This document shows positions 51,501 to 64,000 of a stretch of DNA of 64,000 bases, one piece after another. The stretch is from Callorhinchus milii (lineage: Eukaryota): contig NW_024704742.1 in NCBI RefSeq assembly GCF_018977255.1, positions 24,182,001 through 24,246,000 on the forward strand. The letters are read 5' to 3'. The notes beneath the pieces were generated by a model. The model had not been told where the DNA came from and did no database searches. It worked only from the letters and a program-made list of their open reading frames with translations. The position numbers and the translations under genes are program-made. The first letter of the stretch is position 1. Every line of letters starts with the position of its first letter.

Positions 51501-52254
51501 TGCAATTTTATCTTTGCATCATGCATCAGTTGTTTGTAATCTGAAAACCCTCACGAGATTCGGGAACTAGTTTTTGTTGACAACTCATTACATCATCTGT
51601 TGTTTACAACGCGCTGCAATAATAATAATAATAATAGCAATGTGCTGTACAAGCAGATATGTGCAAATACGAGTGATTTTGAATCTAATGCATTTCACTA
51701 TAGCACAAATTTGCTTGAAGTTACACTGTGAGCACCATTCATTGCGTGAATGCTGGTTTCCTGCATGCCTGCTGGCTTTCTGCACTAAAATTCATCAAGA
51801 CTTCGGGATCACTTGGTTGCAGATGAAGTCATTTCCCTCTTTTCACAAGCGCAGAAAACAAAGTGACGTTGCAGTGACCTGCTGACCTGGAAGTTGCCCA
51901 TTTTTTCTTTGAAGCATGGGAAGCTGCTCAGGCACTTCCTGCGTGCTGGCCAGATGTGCACATATACAGTAAAGCCCATTATCACACTTTGGGATCCATA
52001 TAATCCCAACCCAAGTTATACCAAACACTCCATTATAATGAGGCTGTGCTGAACATTTATTATATTTACAAGCACAATAGTTTTGCCACAGTAATCCAGT
52101 AAGCAATAAAAGAACAAGATTTTATATCTGCAACGGACATTCCAAATACCTTCTGGTGGTAAGACTACTGAAGAATTGTCTTTCATATTCCTGAAAGTTG
52201 TGTCTGTTTGTCAAATGCAGGCTTGGGGTCCAATAATCGATGCAAACCTTTATT

Positions 52255-52600
52255 GAACGACTTGCACATATATGCAGATGACACCCAAATCAACATTTCC
52301 ACTTCTACTCTTGATTCCAGGCCCACTGATATTCTGTCCAACTCCCTGTCAGACATGAAGGCTGGGATAAGCCTCAATTTCTGACAGGACAGCATGGTTA
52401 GGATTGAAACCATCCTCCTCATCTCCCTCCAATGTCTTCTCACTTTCGGCTCTGATCTCCACCTTTCTATTTTTTCCTCTCTCTCTAACTCACCAAACTA
52501 GTGAGTAATATTGACGTGTGGTTTGATCTTCAGCTCTCTTTCCTTCCTCCCATTCGGTCCCTGAGCAAGACTGCTGTTATTCACCTTCGTCGCATTGCTA
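52255..52600 (+). mobile_element. Highly decayed L2 RT fragment
   Basis: TATGCAGATGACACCCAA (YADDTQ)...CTGTCAGACATGAAG. Confidence 0.7.
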
Positions 52601-55600
52601 ATCCAAATTTGAACTGACCCTAAGAAGGCAAAACCGTGCATGTCCATAGGTATGTGGCAGCTGTTGATGGCTAGTACATGGAAATACATAGTAAAAGAAA
52701 AATGGGTGAATTTTGATAGTGCTTCATCATATAAAACAGGTACCGTCAAGCACGGTGAATGGTTTTTTGTAGGCAAAATCTTCAATGAAACTTGAAGATC
52801 TAGCCATGTTCTTGACCCTGCAAGTCAAAGCATTAATTGGTGGGGTTATCTAAGATGTGAAATTTAACAGTGACATCATACTAATAAACTGCAATTAGAT
52901 TAAATACAAAGTAGAATATAAAATAGTAAAAGATCCCGCTTCTTACCCAGTGGTGTCTTGGTTTTATTTTCCTTAACCTGCATTAATTTTTTGCTATAAT
53001 TTTTAAAAAACCAACACAGTGCTAATTTATTGTTGGTCATAATCAGTGTCTGGGTATCCACTAGAGGGGTTTTACTTTAAGGAAAGATTTAAATCCATAA
53101 TGTATAGTTATGTAAATATGGTGCCTCTGTGAAATGATGAAAAATGATGGGATAAAACTTCCACAAACTTTAATGTGTGAGAACATTGTAGCTCTTATAG
53201 TGATTCATTACTTCAGAAAAATCAGGCTTTTTAACACTTGTCAATTAAAAGTAATTATCTGACTGTTTTATCTTAAAAGATTTACCAAATGTAACTGGTA
53301 GGAAGTAATGGTAGAACTTTAAATGACCTTAAATTTCATGATGTTTGCACAGTTGCAATTGACTTGGGTGAAAGGTTGTTTACCGGTGATGGCTTTGTAC
53401 GTTTGTGTTTTGTTGTACCATCAAGTTACCAATCCCTTCTGTTTAACCTTTCATCATGCACCAGTAAGAATCTGGATTTTTTTAACTACTAGTTCTTAAG
53501 ACTGACGGCTTTACCCCACCTCTTTTGCAAACAGAATTTTGAGCAGCAAAAGTGCAGTTATTGTGTCCTAATCTTGTGTGAAAGCTTTATTAGCCTTTGG
53601 TTCTGAATGATTTTGAGTAAATGTTATTTAGTAAATGAACATTTTACTTTATGTTTCAATTTATGTTCTCTTCACTTGAAATCTTTCGATAAACCTACAA
53701 GCCGAAGCCCTAATAATAATCATCCTTGCATTTGATATAATGGATTAAATGTATATTTTGTTGGGCAGTGTAGTCCTAGCTGGACAAGCAGTGGGAAAGC
53801 TTGCCAGGCGGTGATGTCATTGGCAAGCTATGAGGTTTTAGCTGGTTAGACCCCAGCAGTGGCCCAATTCACACTTTTAACCCAAGCCTTGGCTCTTGCC
53901 ATCCTGCACCTAATATTCTTCAGAATTAGGTAAGCAGGACGATTCCCCTCCAGGGAAATAATGCACATTCCATTTCAATAAATATCTTGGAAATTTCCAT
54001 GTGATCACTTTTAGTATTTGCCGCAGGGATGGTGGGAAACCGATTGTTTCTTAGAGTGCATGATGCCGAGCTGTCCATCGTTCAATGTGGTTTGACCTCA
54101 TTGGCCAAATTGTAATGCTTCAGGCTCATACTGGAGGGCAAAAATGCCTGCAAACAGCTCCACTGCCTTTGATCTAATCTTTCATCATCTTTGCTTTTGA
54201 TTTAAAATGCAGCGAGCTTGTGGACATTGTGTTGAAAATAGAGGGAATTCACACAGTTGCTTCCCTCATCATCCTCTTGACATCATCTTGCTTCCCTTTC
54301 TGACAGCCCAACCTTAATCTCTCTGCTCCTGTCCTAATCAAGTATCACCTTTCTTGTTAAGGTACTGAATGTGTGTTTGCCACCCAACTGTCCACATTAT
54401 TCCCTGTTCAAGAGCTTCCAATCGTGGTTTAGACAAGTTGACCTAAAATACAAAGCCACCAATGAAATTCTGATCAACTGCAATCAGGATTCACTGTCCC
54501 TCTGCATTTTTCTTAACCTCTCTCTTGGCTTTAACTCCATTCTCCTCCATTGCCTTTCCTGCTTGGTCACCTCTGTGGTACCATGGTTCTGGAGTTATGT
54601 TCCTACCTCTCCAAAAATAATTTGTGCTTCTCAAAGTTCTTTGAGACATCTCAATACTGTGATAAGGTGCAATATCAAGGATTATTTTTATTATTCTTTT
54701 TTTTTCTTCTTACCCATGTGCTGCCTTTGTCCTCTTCAATCCAATATATGTATTGTTTGAAACAATTCTGGATTTCAGTACAGGACAGTTTGCTGCATCC
54801 TCTGGACTCTTTTCCAAAACCATTTTGCTTCTTTCTATGAATTCTAAAACCTCTTTAAATACTTTTCTTTGACCCTCTTGTTGATCATTTTAACATTCTA
54901 AATCTCATCCCTTCCCCCCCACCCGTGTTGATGTCCACAACTGCGATTTGTCAAGCTGTTTGAGATGGCCTTTTAAATGAAAGGTGCAATATAAATGCAA
55001 GTAACAGTTGTTCTTTCAGTTCCCTTGGTGATCAAAACGCCGTGGGAATAGGGTTGAAAGAGGGCACGAGATTCCTCTCAGGAGGGAGGGAAAGTAGAGT
55101 AAGCCGTCTGGAGAATTGTCCTTGTGCACCTCTGCACTGAACTCAGACAATGTGGACTGAATGCTGGGTGGATGGTCCTAAATGTGGGATAACAGTTGGC
55201 TGAGGAAGACCTGATCAATCATGAGCAAGTTTATTATGGTCTTTCACAAAAGTGAAATAAACCTTGTCATTTTCCTTTAATGCCTCAATCCAATTAACCT
55301 TCAACCTCTTCAGCTCCAAAGAATCAAGTTCATAGCTAAATCATGACATTGCAAGTATCTTGGTGAATTATCATAGTAGTTAAAATAATGTCTGATCTAA
55401 TACCCTGTATAATTGAAGTAATACTTCCTTCTTTTTGTGTTTATACCTTTTTATCAAAAACCTCAGCATCACATTAGCCTTTTTCTTTTGCTTTCTGCAC
55501 ATGCAAACTAACCCTGAATGAATTGTGTTTCTGCATGCTGACATTCTTTGTTTGTCTGCATCCTCTTAAACTTCTCCATTTGGTTTTTCATTGGCCTTTC

Positions 55601-56112
55601 TTAATTTTAAAATATTTCCTATTTTGCAATGTTGAACTTTATTCACTATTGTTCCTCCCAGTCAATATGCCCGTATCACTTTGAAGTTTCTGCTTTTCAT
55701 TGTTCAATCCACCCCCTATTCCCACATTCATGTCTGTGTAACTTAAAACCTGGTGTGCCAGTAACAATCCCCAACTTTTCTCTTGCCTACCTTTTGGAAA
55801 ATCTCTCCTTTGTCCCATGTTTTCTTCCAACCAATTTTTCACGCTAAAATGTGCCCCAATATCATGTCCGTTATCCTTAGCTTATCACTTTGTGTTTGGG
55901 AAATTATTAAATGACTTCTGAATGTCCATATAGATATCCATCGATCAATTGACTCCAAACGGAGATTGGCACTTATTGGCAACTTCTAGTGTATGCAAGT
56001 GATGGCCTTTTGTGTTAGGAATTATTCAGCTTGTCATTGCACTCACCCAGAAAATGTTGGTGGATGTCTTCCTTAAAACTACTAAACTACCAAGTTATAG
56101 TTATAGTAGATC

Positions 56113-56275
56113 TATCGCTACTTTGTTGCAGAATATATTAGTATAGATGTAACTCTCTAGAAGGGTGTCTGATTTTCTCTGTCGCTACTTTGTTGCAGAA
56201 TGTCATACATGCTTCATATTTTGGGGCTTGATTTCCTCTGTCGCTACTTTGTTGCAGAATATCATGCATGCTTCA
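56113..56275. repeat. Three-copy imperfect tandem repeat
   Basis: TCGCTACTTTGTTGCAGAAT at ~56115, ~56182 and ~56241. Confidence 0.85.
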
Positions 56276-57010
56276 GCATGTTTTAAATATAGCTCAATGA
56301 TGGGAGCTCCTTGAAAAAAATATGCACATGACACTCTCTTTCCTATGCATTATTGGCAGACACACACACAGACATTTCGCCTTTATTAGTATAGATGAAC
56401 CTGGAGGCAGGCCATTTGTGGACAAAAACCTTAAGTACAGGTAATCTTACAAATGTTTTTGATTCATTCATGATATTCAATCTACGTCTCTACTTCCACC
56501 CTTGATTCCAGGTCCACTGATGTTCTGACTGCCTACCCAAAATCCTGCCTCTGATTTCTCCTCTCCCCCCCCACCCCCTCTACCCCCAACTCATTGAACC
56601 ATTGTGTACCCTCAGCTCTCTTTCATATTTCTCTCGCAGTCAGACACATCTCGTCCCTGACCGAGATTGCATTTCTATTTTTTCACCAAATGTGTTGCCT
56701 CCATTCCTATCTCATGCCACTATCTTACAGCTACTATCCATCTATCTGTGCTCGAAAGCTGCTTAAAATTGTATCTCTTCAATAGTTCTAAGGTTACCTC
56801 CCCCTCCATCCCTCCCTGCTTGGTGGTGGCGGGATTGGGGAGAGAGAGAGAAGAGATCTGGCACCGTCTCTATGAAACTCTCTGGGGCGTTACTCTGAAA
56901 AGAGCTATATAAATGCAAGTTGTTGTAATACAGAATTGCTATAAAGTGGTTGCTATCATTAAATGCTGAGCGTTGTTTCTTTTTTTTGATTCTTTTCAAA
57001 GGAATCCGAA

Positions 57011-57103
57011 ATGGCAGAAGGTTCGGCCAGAAATTCTGCAGCTGAAATTCCAGTGACCAGTAATGGAGAAGTCAACGATTCACAGGGAGATCGTTTTAAT
57101 CAG
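57011..57103 (+). CDS. ARFIP1: Arfaptin-1 (ADP-ribosylation factor-interacting protein 1), conserved start exon (exon 57002-57103)
   Basis: Encodes MAEGSARNSAAEIPVTSNGEVNDSQGDRFNQ, matching human ARFIP1 MAQESPKNSAAEIPVTSNGEVDDSREHSFNR (recalled); acceptor TTCTTTTCAAAG, 9 nt before the ATG, 93 coding nt, donor CAG|GTATGG. Confidence 0.92.
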
Positions 57104-58149
57104 GTATGGATGCAATCTCTCACGTGCGTTTTGGTAATGTCATGATCCTACTTCCTTGAATTGAATTGAAATATTCATGATCAATATTTTAGCTGCAATC
57201 TGAAAATGTGTCTTCTGACTAATAGAAAAGAGTTCAGACAAACTTCTCGGTGCAATTTTATGAACAAGTTGTTAATTTGTCCACCACCTGCTTATTAATG
57301 AAGATGAACACAAACTAACACCCTTGACTAAGGACCTGGTGGAGTGTGGAATTTAAGGAAATTGCAGCTACCTTCTATTAAATGACTGGTGACCATATTG
57401 CTGGTTGGAGAACTGTTTGCTTATGGAATTCCAAATGGCCCCATTCTGATAGATTGCTCATACTAACCTTTTCAAGACCAACGTATTGTAAGAAATATGA
57501 CAAAAATAGTCGCAATCTACTTTTAAAGTGCATCTTAAAAAAAGGTAATTAATACCTGAAGCAGAAAGCTGTTTTTATGATTCTGGGAGAACATCAGTTA
57601 CGTCCAATACAGTGCAGGCCAATCTAAGGGAAGAAAATTGCTGTACAGGATGAATTTATTACTTGAGCACGGGATTGAAGTATTCCCTTGAGACTGTCAA
57701 TGAAATTAACATAGAACATTGATTTAATGATGCAATGGACAGCAGTAATTAGGCTACATTAGTGGGACAGTAGAAAATGTAGATCTGATCTTGTCAATGT
57801 GTTTCTGTAGTAAATTTATGGAACTTTTGCTAGCCATTGAAATTGGAAGGCATTGAAGATGGGAAAAACTTGATCGAAATAATGAATATAATGCACTGGA
57901 ACATCCGAAGGCCAGAAACACTTTCCTTGGGTGCAATAAACCAAAGTGCCTCATGCGAAAATTAATACTTTTCATTGAATGGAAAAATAGTGCATTTGTG
58001 TCTTACTGAATGTACAAATAGAGCTGAATACATGCTTTATTATAGCACAAGCCACTTGTAGGTCAGCGTGAACTGGGAGCACTGTGTTGCCTCGCCTGAT
58101 TCAATTGATATTTTTTAACCAGTAAGAAATGGTCTAGTTTGACAATCTG

Positions 58150-58548
58150 AGTCTGGCTCAGTGGAAATCAATCTCACCTCTGAGTCAGAAGGTTGTGGGA
58201 TACTTTAGTGCTGGGGATATGTTGCTTTGTTGAAGGTGCTGTCCTTTGGATGAGACTTAAACTGAGGTCCTGTCTGCCTGTTCAGGTTGACATTAAAAAT
58301 CCCATGGCACTACTTGGGGAAAAAAAAGAGTTTCTCCTGGTGTTCTGGCCAACATTCTCTTTCCCATCCTTAGCTCGTTCAAGGTCGGTCTCAAGACCTA
58401 CCTCTTTGACTGTGGTTTTGTCATCTTTCCTCTTCCCATGCTCCTCAGCTCCGACTGTGAGGTTAGGTACCCAGGCAGGATGTGAAACGCTCTGGGACGT
58501 TCTCTGGACCTGAAAGGTGCTGTATGAATGTAAACTCGTATTGTTTTG
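58150..58548 (+). mobile_element. Deu-domain-like SINE 5' part joined to an L2 3' end
   Basis: CTCTGAGTCAGAAGGTTGTGGG head, GGTGCTGTCCTTTGGATGAGAC...AATCCCATGGCACTA Deu-like block, then TTCAAGGTCGGTCTCAAGACCTACCTCTTTGAC (L2) and tail. Confidence 0.7.
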
Positions 58549-61500
58549 AACATTGGTTTTAAAAACTAAACTTACCAGCTCTGAGAGGATGCGATGTGAT
58601 CACTAAATGTAAAGTGGAAGATTTTCTGAGTACATGTTGAGTGCAGAGGAGGGAAATTTGGATGAAGTTCAATTAAAAATGCCATCCTTGTCTTCTGCAT
58701 CAAGTGTGAATCAGAATTTAGCTGATGGAGTGAATTTAAATAAAATCTCCTATCTTCTTTAGAACCCACTCCACCTAAACAAATTACAGTATTCGTCATT
58801 CAGTATAAATCCAGGCAAGTTATGCCTGCCGTGACTGATTGCAACTCAATTGGATTGTGTTTACCTACATCCTGCAAAGAACTCTTATCATTGTAGACGT
58901 GTTGAGAGTGTTCAGAAAATCCTGAATTGGTGCAACTCCTACTTAGCAATGCTACCTTCCCAATGCTCCCAAACAAAGTTTAAAATTTCCTAAAAGTTTA
59001 ACAAAAATCAATGGAGGGAAGAATTTTTCATAATTTTAATTCCACAATATGCCGAACTATATGTTGGTGATGGTGTTAAAACTAAATGTGTGATGGCTGC
59101 TGCAGTAACTCTTAAGTTCACTTCTGTACAAATCAAATATAAATGCTAATTCTGCTAGGACAAAACCTAGAGGACGAGGTGGGTGCTGCTGAAAGAAATG
59201 CAGTATTGCATAGAATAATGAAGAGCTTGGAGACTTTCAGAAGTTCAGTATATCTCTGCTACTGTAGGAATTGTCAACTAGTGACCTTTTTTGATCAGCT
59301 GGGTGTCTGACCCATACCGAAGACCATTTTACCTTGCTAAAAGGTATCCAAATCGGATGGCGTTCGACATGTATGCCATCTACACATGTAAATATCCCTG
59401 TGGCTGGAATGGAATGGGCACCCTCCCAGGAAGGATACACCATGGTATCTAATTCCACAGAATATTTGGAGCAGGTTGGCAAGAGCAAATGCTTTGGGAC
59501 CCAGAGTGTGTGTGGAGGTACTGCTGAAGTTCAACCAGCTAAAACTGTATACCTTGCTATAGACAGCACATTCTGGCAAGGATTCTTCCTATGGGGCTTT
59601 TGTTAATTCTGCAAGCCAAAGCTGGAACTAGTAAAGCAGTCCTCATTGGACAACAACAGTAATAGCAAATTGCATCTATGTAGTGCCTTTCACGTCAGGA
59701 GGACGTCCCAAAGCGCTGGACAAGTTAATGCAGAGTAATTTTAATTCAAGATGCGTGGTTCTAAACTGGTTTGAAATCTCAAATTTTACTATCAAGAATT
59801 AATATTCATCTACAAACTATAATGTGTATCAATAGTTTTTAAAATGATAACGCTAAAATTGATTTACCTAGATACTACATTTTCCCTACAATATATCATT
59901 TTGCTTATAAATTATAAACCATGAGTATAACAGGAAGTTAATATATTTTCCAAATGTTTAAATACGAAGCTAGAGAAGCTCATGTGGCTAATTCCCACAA
60001 ATAAAAGTTTAATAGTTCTATGTCACTAAGGTGATGAATTTGAATGAATTGACTGCAGGCGTCATCTGTTTGAACAGCCTGACCACCCTTCTGACTCTGC
60101 TGGATTTCATGGGTGCCACATACTGCAGTATTTTCAGCCTTTCACCATCTTTTTTGTTATACATAAGAGTGTAAAGTCTCAGAATAGGGAAGCAGCAATT
60201 AGCACCAGGTTGTAAAGTTTTTTTTGAAGGAAACCTGGCTGATTTCAAGCCAGCTCAGACAGTTGAGCCTTAAAGTGCATCTGTCTGTTGCAATGTGAGA
60301 AGTCACATTTTATAACCCCGACAATAGCATCCAACTGTGTATTCTTTTCAATGAAAGGTCAGCTTGAAAGTAATTAAGATGCTGTGTGTAGATTATCTGT
60401 ATCTATGTTGCTGGAAGTGAATTTAAAATTGATTCCAAGTAGGAAACAGGATTTTAGTTTTTGCTCCAAAATTGCACTCTCTTGAGGCCTGAGCCTGCTC
60501 AACCAGGAACACCCTGAGCGGTACTGTCTGGTCCCAAACACTGGTTAGCTTCTTCATAATGTTAAAGACCTGGAATTGTGACTATCAATTTTTAATTACA
60601 ACACATGAATTGATTTGCACCGTATGTATTCATGCTGCAGCAATGTCAATTGATTTCCTTTTCAAGATGGTTCAGGGTTCTGCTTTGGGGGCTAAATTAA
60701 TGTAAAATGTGTACGTTTTTAACATTGAGGCATAGATAGCAATGCTCCAGAATGATTGTAATCCAGTTTTCCTTCTGTGGACAATTTGGCAGAGTTTGTA
60801 GTATTGTAACTTTTTTTAAAAAAAAGAAAAATATTATCTTCAAGTCCCGATCAGTTTCCTAACTGATCCACATTCCCAAAAGGAACCTAATCACCCACTG
60901 AGGGCTTTTACGGTGTACAGCTGATGTGTTGCTTCAGTTTTAATGCACAAAAGATGAATTTTGACAAATGAGCCAAATTGATCCACGGAATTAATCCACA
61001 GTTTTGATTACAGAAGAACTAATTTTATATCAGTAAAATTTAAACAGCAATTCTGAATACTAAAAGAGGCTATGGTGACCATTGGAGGGAAGAGAATGTA
61101 TTATTAAATAGGTCTGGTGCAATAAATTTCTATGATTCTAAACTGCATAGCCAAACAGTCCCTTTTGTGCTATAAAGCAATAACCTGCCAATGTGCTCAT
61201 CCCCGAGATTTGTTTCTGCTTTGGTGGAGACCAGGATGTAGTTGTCTGCATAATGCATGGACATGTAGCATTTGCTTCAATTATTCGTGTATTTTTTTCT
61301 GAAGAGTTTAGCATGGGTGACAGAATGGCTGACAGCTGTTTGCATTCAAATTGTACAATTTTGATAGCTGTGTTTCCTCATTCCAAAGTATCATATTAGT
61401 TACAATCCTCTTTATAAATTTTTTTGAAGGGCTGGACTAAAGGAAGTTGAGTTAAAGACTAACCCAACCTTAGGGTTCAGGCAAGGTTACTGAACCACTT

Positions 61501-63287
61501 GAGCCTTTGCCCTTACTGATTGACAGCGGATCATCTCAGCTTGATTACAATCGTTGTAACTCTTGTTCTGATACCTATTCAGTGGCTGTCAGTGAAGTGC
61601 ATCTGTTTCATGTGTTTATTCATGAGATGCCACACAGAAGTGAAATTGTATTGATTGTACAAAAGAAAATCTCAGAGATGGCTTCAATAGACCTGGCTAG
61701 AAATACATTTTATGGCCAAAAAGCTAGAAATTGCATGGCTATTTAAATACAGATTTTTTTAATTTTTAGAAGAGTAGTTAATCTGTCTGAATGATAGAAA
61801 CGCAAATTGATCTCGCTATAATTTCACAGCATAAATAAACTACGCCCAAATAATTCATACGATTTAATTTGTGTGAATTCAAACGTCGTGCACTAGATTT
61901 ATTCCTGCAGTAATTGCCACTTAGCCTAATGCAGCCTGCTGTTTCTTTTACTCTATAGATGTTTTTGCTCACACTATAAATTACTCTAAAAGCATAATCT
62001 CTTCAGACCTGCAAATACCATTTCCACCAGGAAACAAAATCTGTCACTTCTATGACTTGTACTGTATGTGAAAACAGTGTACAGATATTTTAAAGGACAT
62101 ATTTTAAACTTGCATGACACAGTACACTGATGTCAGTTATCAACACAACTCAATGAAATAGTGGGAGACAGGGTTGATTATTACCCTATCCTCCCCTCCC
62201 CCTAGCCTGTGTTTCTGACCTTAGTTGTGTTACGTCCTTTGCCTTTTGTTGGCTGACCAAGAACATTCTGGTTGCCTAGTGCATGTTGCCTAATCCATCT
62301 TGTCAGACATAAGAAGTATGTGACCCAAGGGAGACTAGTGAGGGACCATAAAATGTGTATGGCTTCAACACAAATTCTTGTTGTTGTCATTTTTATTAAT
62401 TGAAGAAACAGATGTACCAGAGGAAGGTGACTAAGACTGTACTGGGCAAATCCATTGTAGCACCCTTTGATAAAGAGCTATCAGCAATGGATCCGTGCTA
62501 ACCAGCACCATAGTATGCCTGGCTTCCAGCAGCGACTGGCTGGCCTCTCACAAAAAATGGCCACTGCTGACATGTCTTCCTGCACCTAAGCTAGAAGGAA
62601 ATGAATTTAGTGGCACTTGTGAACATACATGCAACATGCAGGAAGATATGTCAGCAGTAGTGAAACCTAGCGCTTTGTTAAATAATGAAGTCGGTGAGAC
62701 TTTGAACTCAGCCAGCCGTGCTACAACAAGGTTTTCGTGTACAAGTTAAATATGCTTATTCCTTATTATGGCATGATAACATAGCTTATTGAGATACTAA
62801 AATTAAATGTGTGCCAGATTGCGTGTTTGTTGTTTGTATCATAGCTTGCCAATTGTGACTTAGTCATGCAGGCGAGGGCATTATAACCAGCTTGCTTTTT
62901 TCTTTGGGGCAGAGTTAAGGTCACATTGTGGGCTGCTTGTGTGATCTCTGTGGGTGGTATGAAGAGGCTTTGGGAAAATGTGTGTTTTGGGGAAAAACAA
63001 AGCAAATCTTATTTGAATGTATATTACATCTTAAAAATCCATAATACTATAATGAGGTAAACACATGCCTCCTTCACTGTTTGAAGCTTCATAGGCTTGC
63101 GATATTTATATTAACACTTCAATTGGGATGTTCTATTAAACTGTTTTCTCCCTTAGTCTTGGGAAAGCCATCACAACCAGGAGGGGAGGGTGACCTGCTG
63201 CTTGGTAACCAATTGCTTAGAAGTTTTTATGAGAGTATCTGGAGTGACGTATTTCCACTTTTATTACCCTCTCTCTTCCTCAGCTAC

Positions 63288-63596
63288 GGATTCCTGTAGC
63301 TCAGTGGATAGAGCACTTGCCTCGCAAGCGAGAGACCTGGGTGAGATTCCCGGCAGGGCGAAACCTTGGGCAAGTTTCCTTGCTCCACACGCCTGATAAT
63401 AATCACTCAAGAAAAAAAATAATAAATTGGTCACTTCAATCCACGACTGTTTGTGGGACACTGCTGTGCGCAATTGGCTGCCGCATTTCGCCCAAAATAT
63501 ATAGTCAATTCACTTTCCAGTATATTCTGTGAAGCGCTTTGAGACGTCTAGAAGACGTGATAATGCGTTGTATCAAATGCAAGGATTATTATTATT
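63288..63596 (+). mobile_element. Full-length tRNA-derived SINE
   Basis: GGATTCCTGTAGCTCAGTGGATAGAGCAC head to CAAATGCAAGGATTATTATT tail. Confidence 0.9.
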
Positions 63597-64000
63597 TGGG
63601 AAATGTTTGGTTCCCTCTTGACTGCAAACAACGATATGACAGACTGGAAACTTAGTATAGTGGTGAATTTGGTGCAAACTGCTTCCCATTTTGAAATCCT
63701 TTGCAAACCAGTGTGCTTCTGATCTTTGTCACAGCATTGCTTTCAAATTGCAGGATAACTTCCTCTTAGCATTCATTCAATTCATTCAGCCTGCTCTCAG
63801 AATATAAGGAAAACTACTGAAGTAAAATTGCCCATTGTTTCTCTGCATTATGAACCTGTATTTCAATGTTTTTGAAATCCTGGAATAGTTAAACATATAA
63901 AGAAATAATCGAGGGAATTAAAGTTTAATAATTATCTTTACATTGATGTAACTCTTTTCATGTCAAAAGCATCTCCAACCACTTCACAGAATTTATTGCA

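Overview
Repeat-rich vertebrate genomic DNA, most likely a cartilaginous fish (inferred from the mix of L2, CR1 and Deu-type SINE repeats; not proven). The one securely identified gene is the 5' part of ARFIP1 (arfaptin-1) on the + strand. It comprises a CpG-island promoter with a probable non-coding exon 1 (~26040-26133), a candidate extra in-frame coding exon (48877-48986) and the conserved start exon (57002-57103, MAEGSARNSAAEIPVTSNGEV...); later exons were not found in the window. A tRNA-Arg(TCG) gene or young pseudogene lies at 4927-4999 (-). Much of the rest is L2-clade LINE fragments, including one near-intact RT region at 7163-8927, plus a tRNA-headed SINE family sharing the L2 3' stem-loop, older Deu-domain SINEs and CR1 fragments. 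Most long ORFs in the track are TE-derived or low-complexity artefacts. The least explained items are a second, CCAAT-array promoter ~2 kb upstream of the ARFIP1 island followed by an unidentified coding-like segment, a perfect 35-bp palindrome, a tiny inverted L2 chimera nested in another L2, an unclassified ~200-bp repeat carrying a splice donor, and a Helitron-like terminus. I found no evidence for a wholly new biological system.
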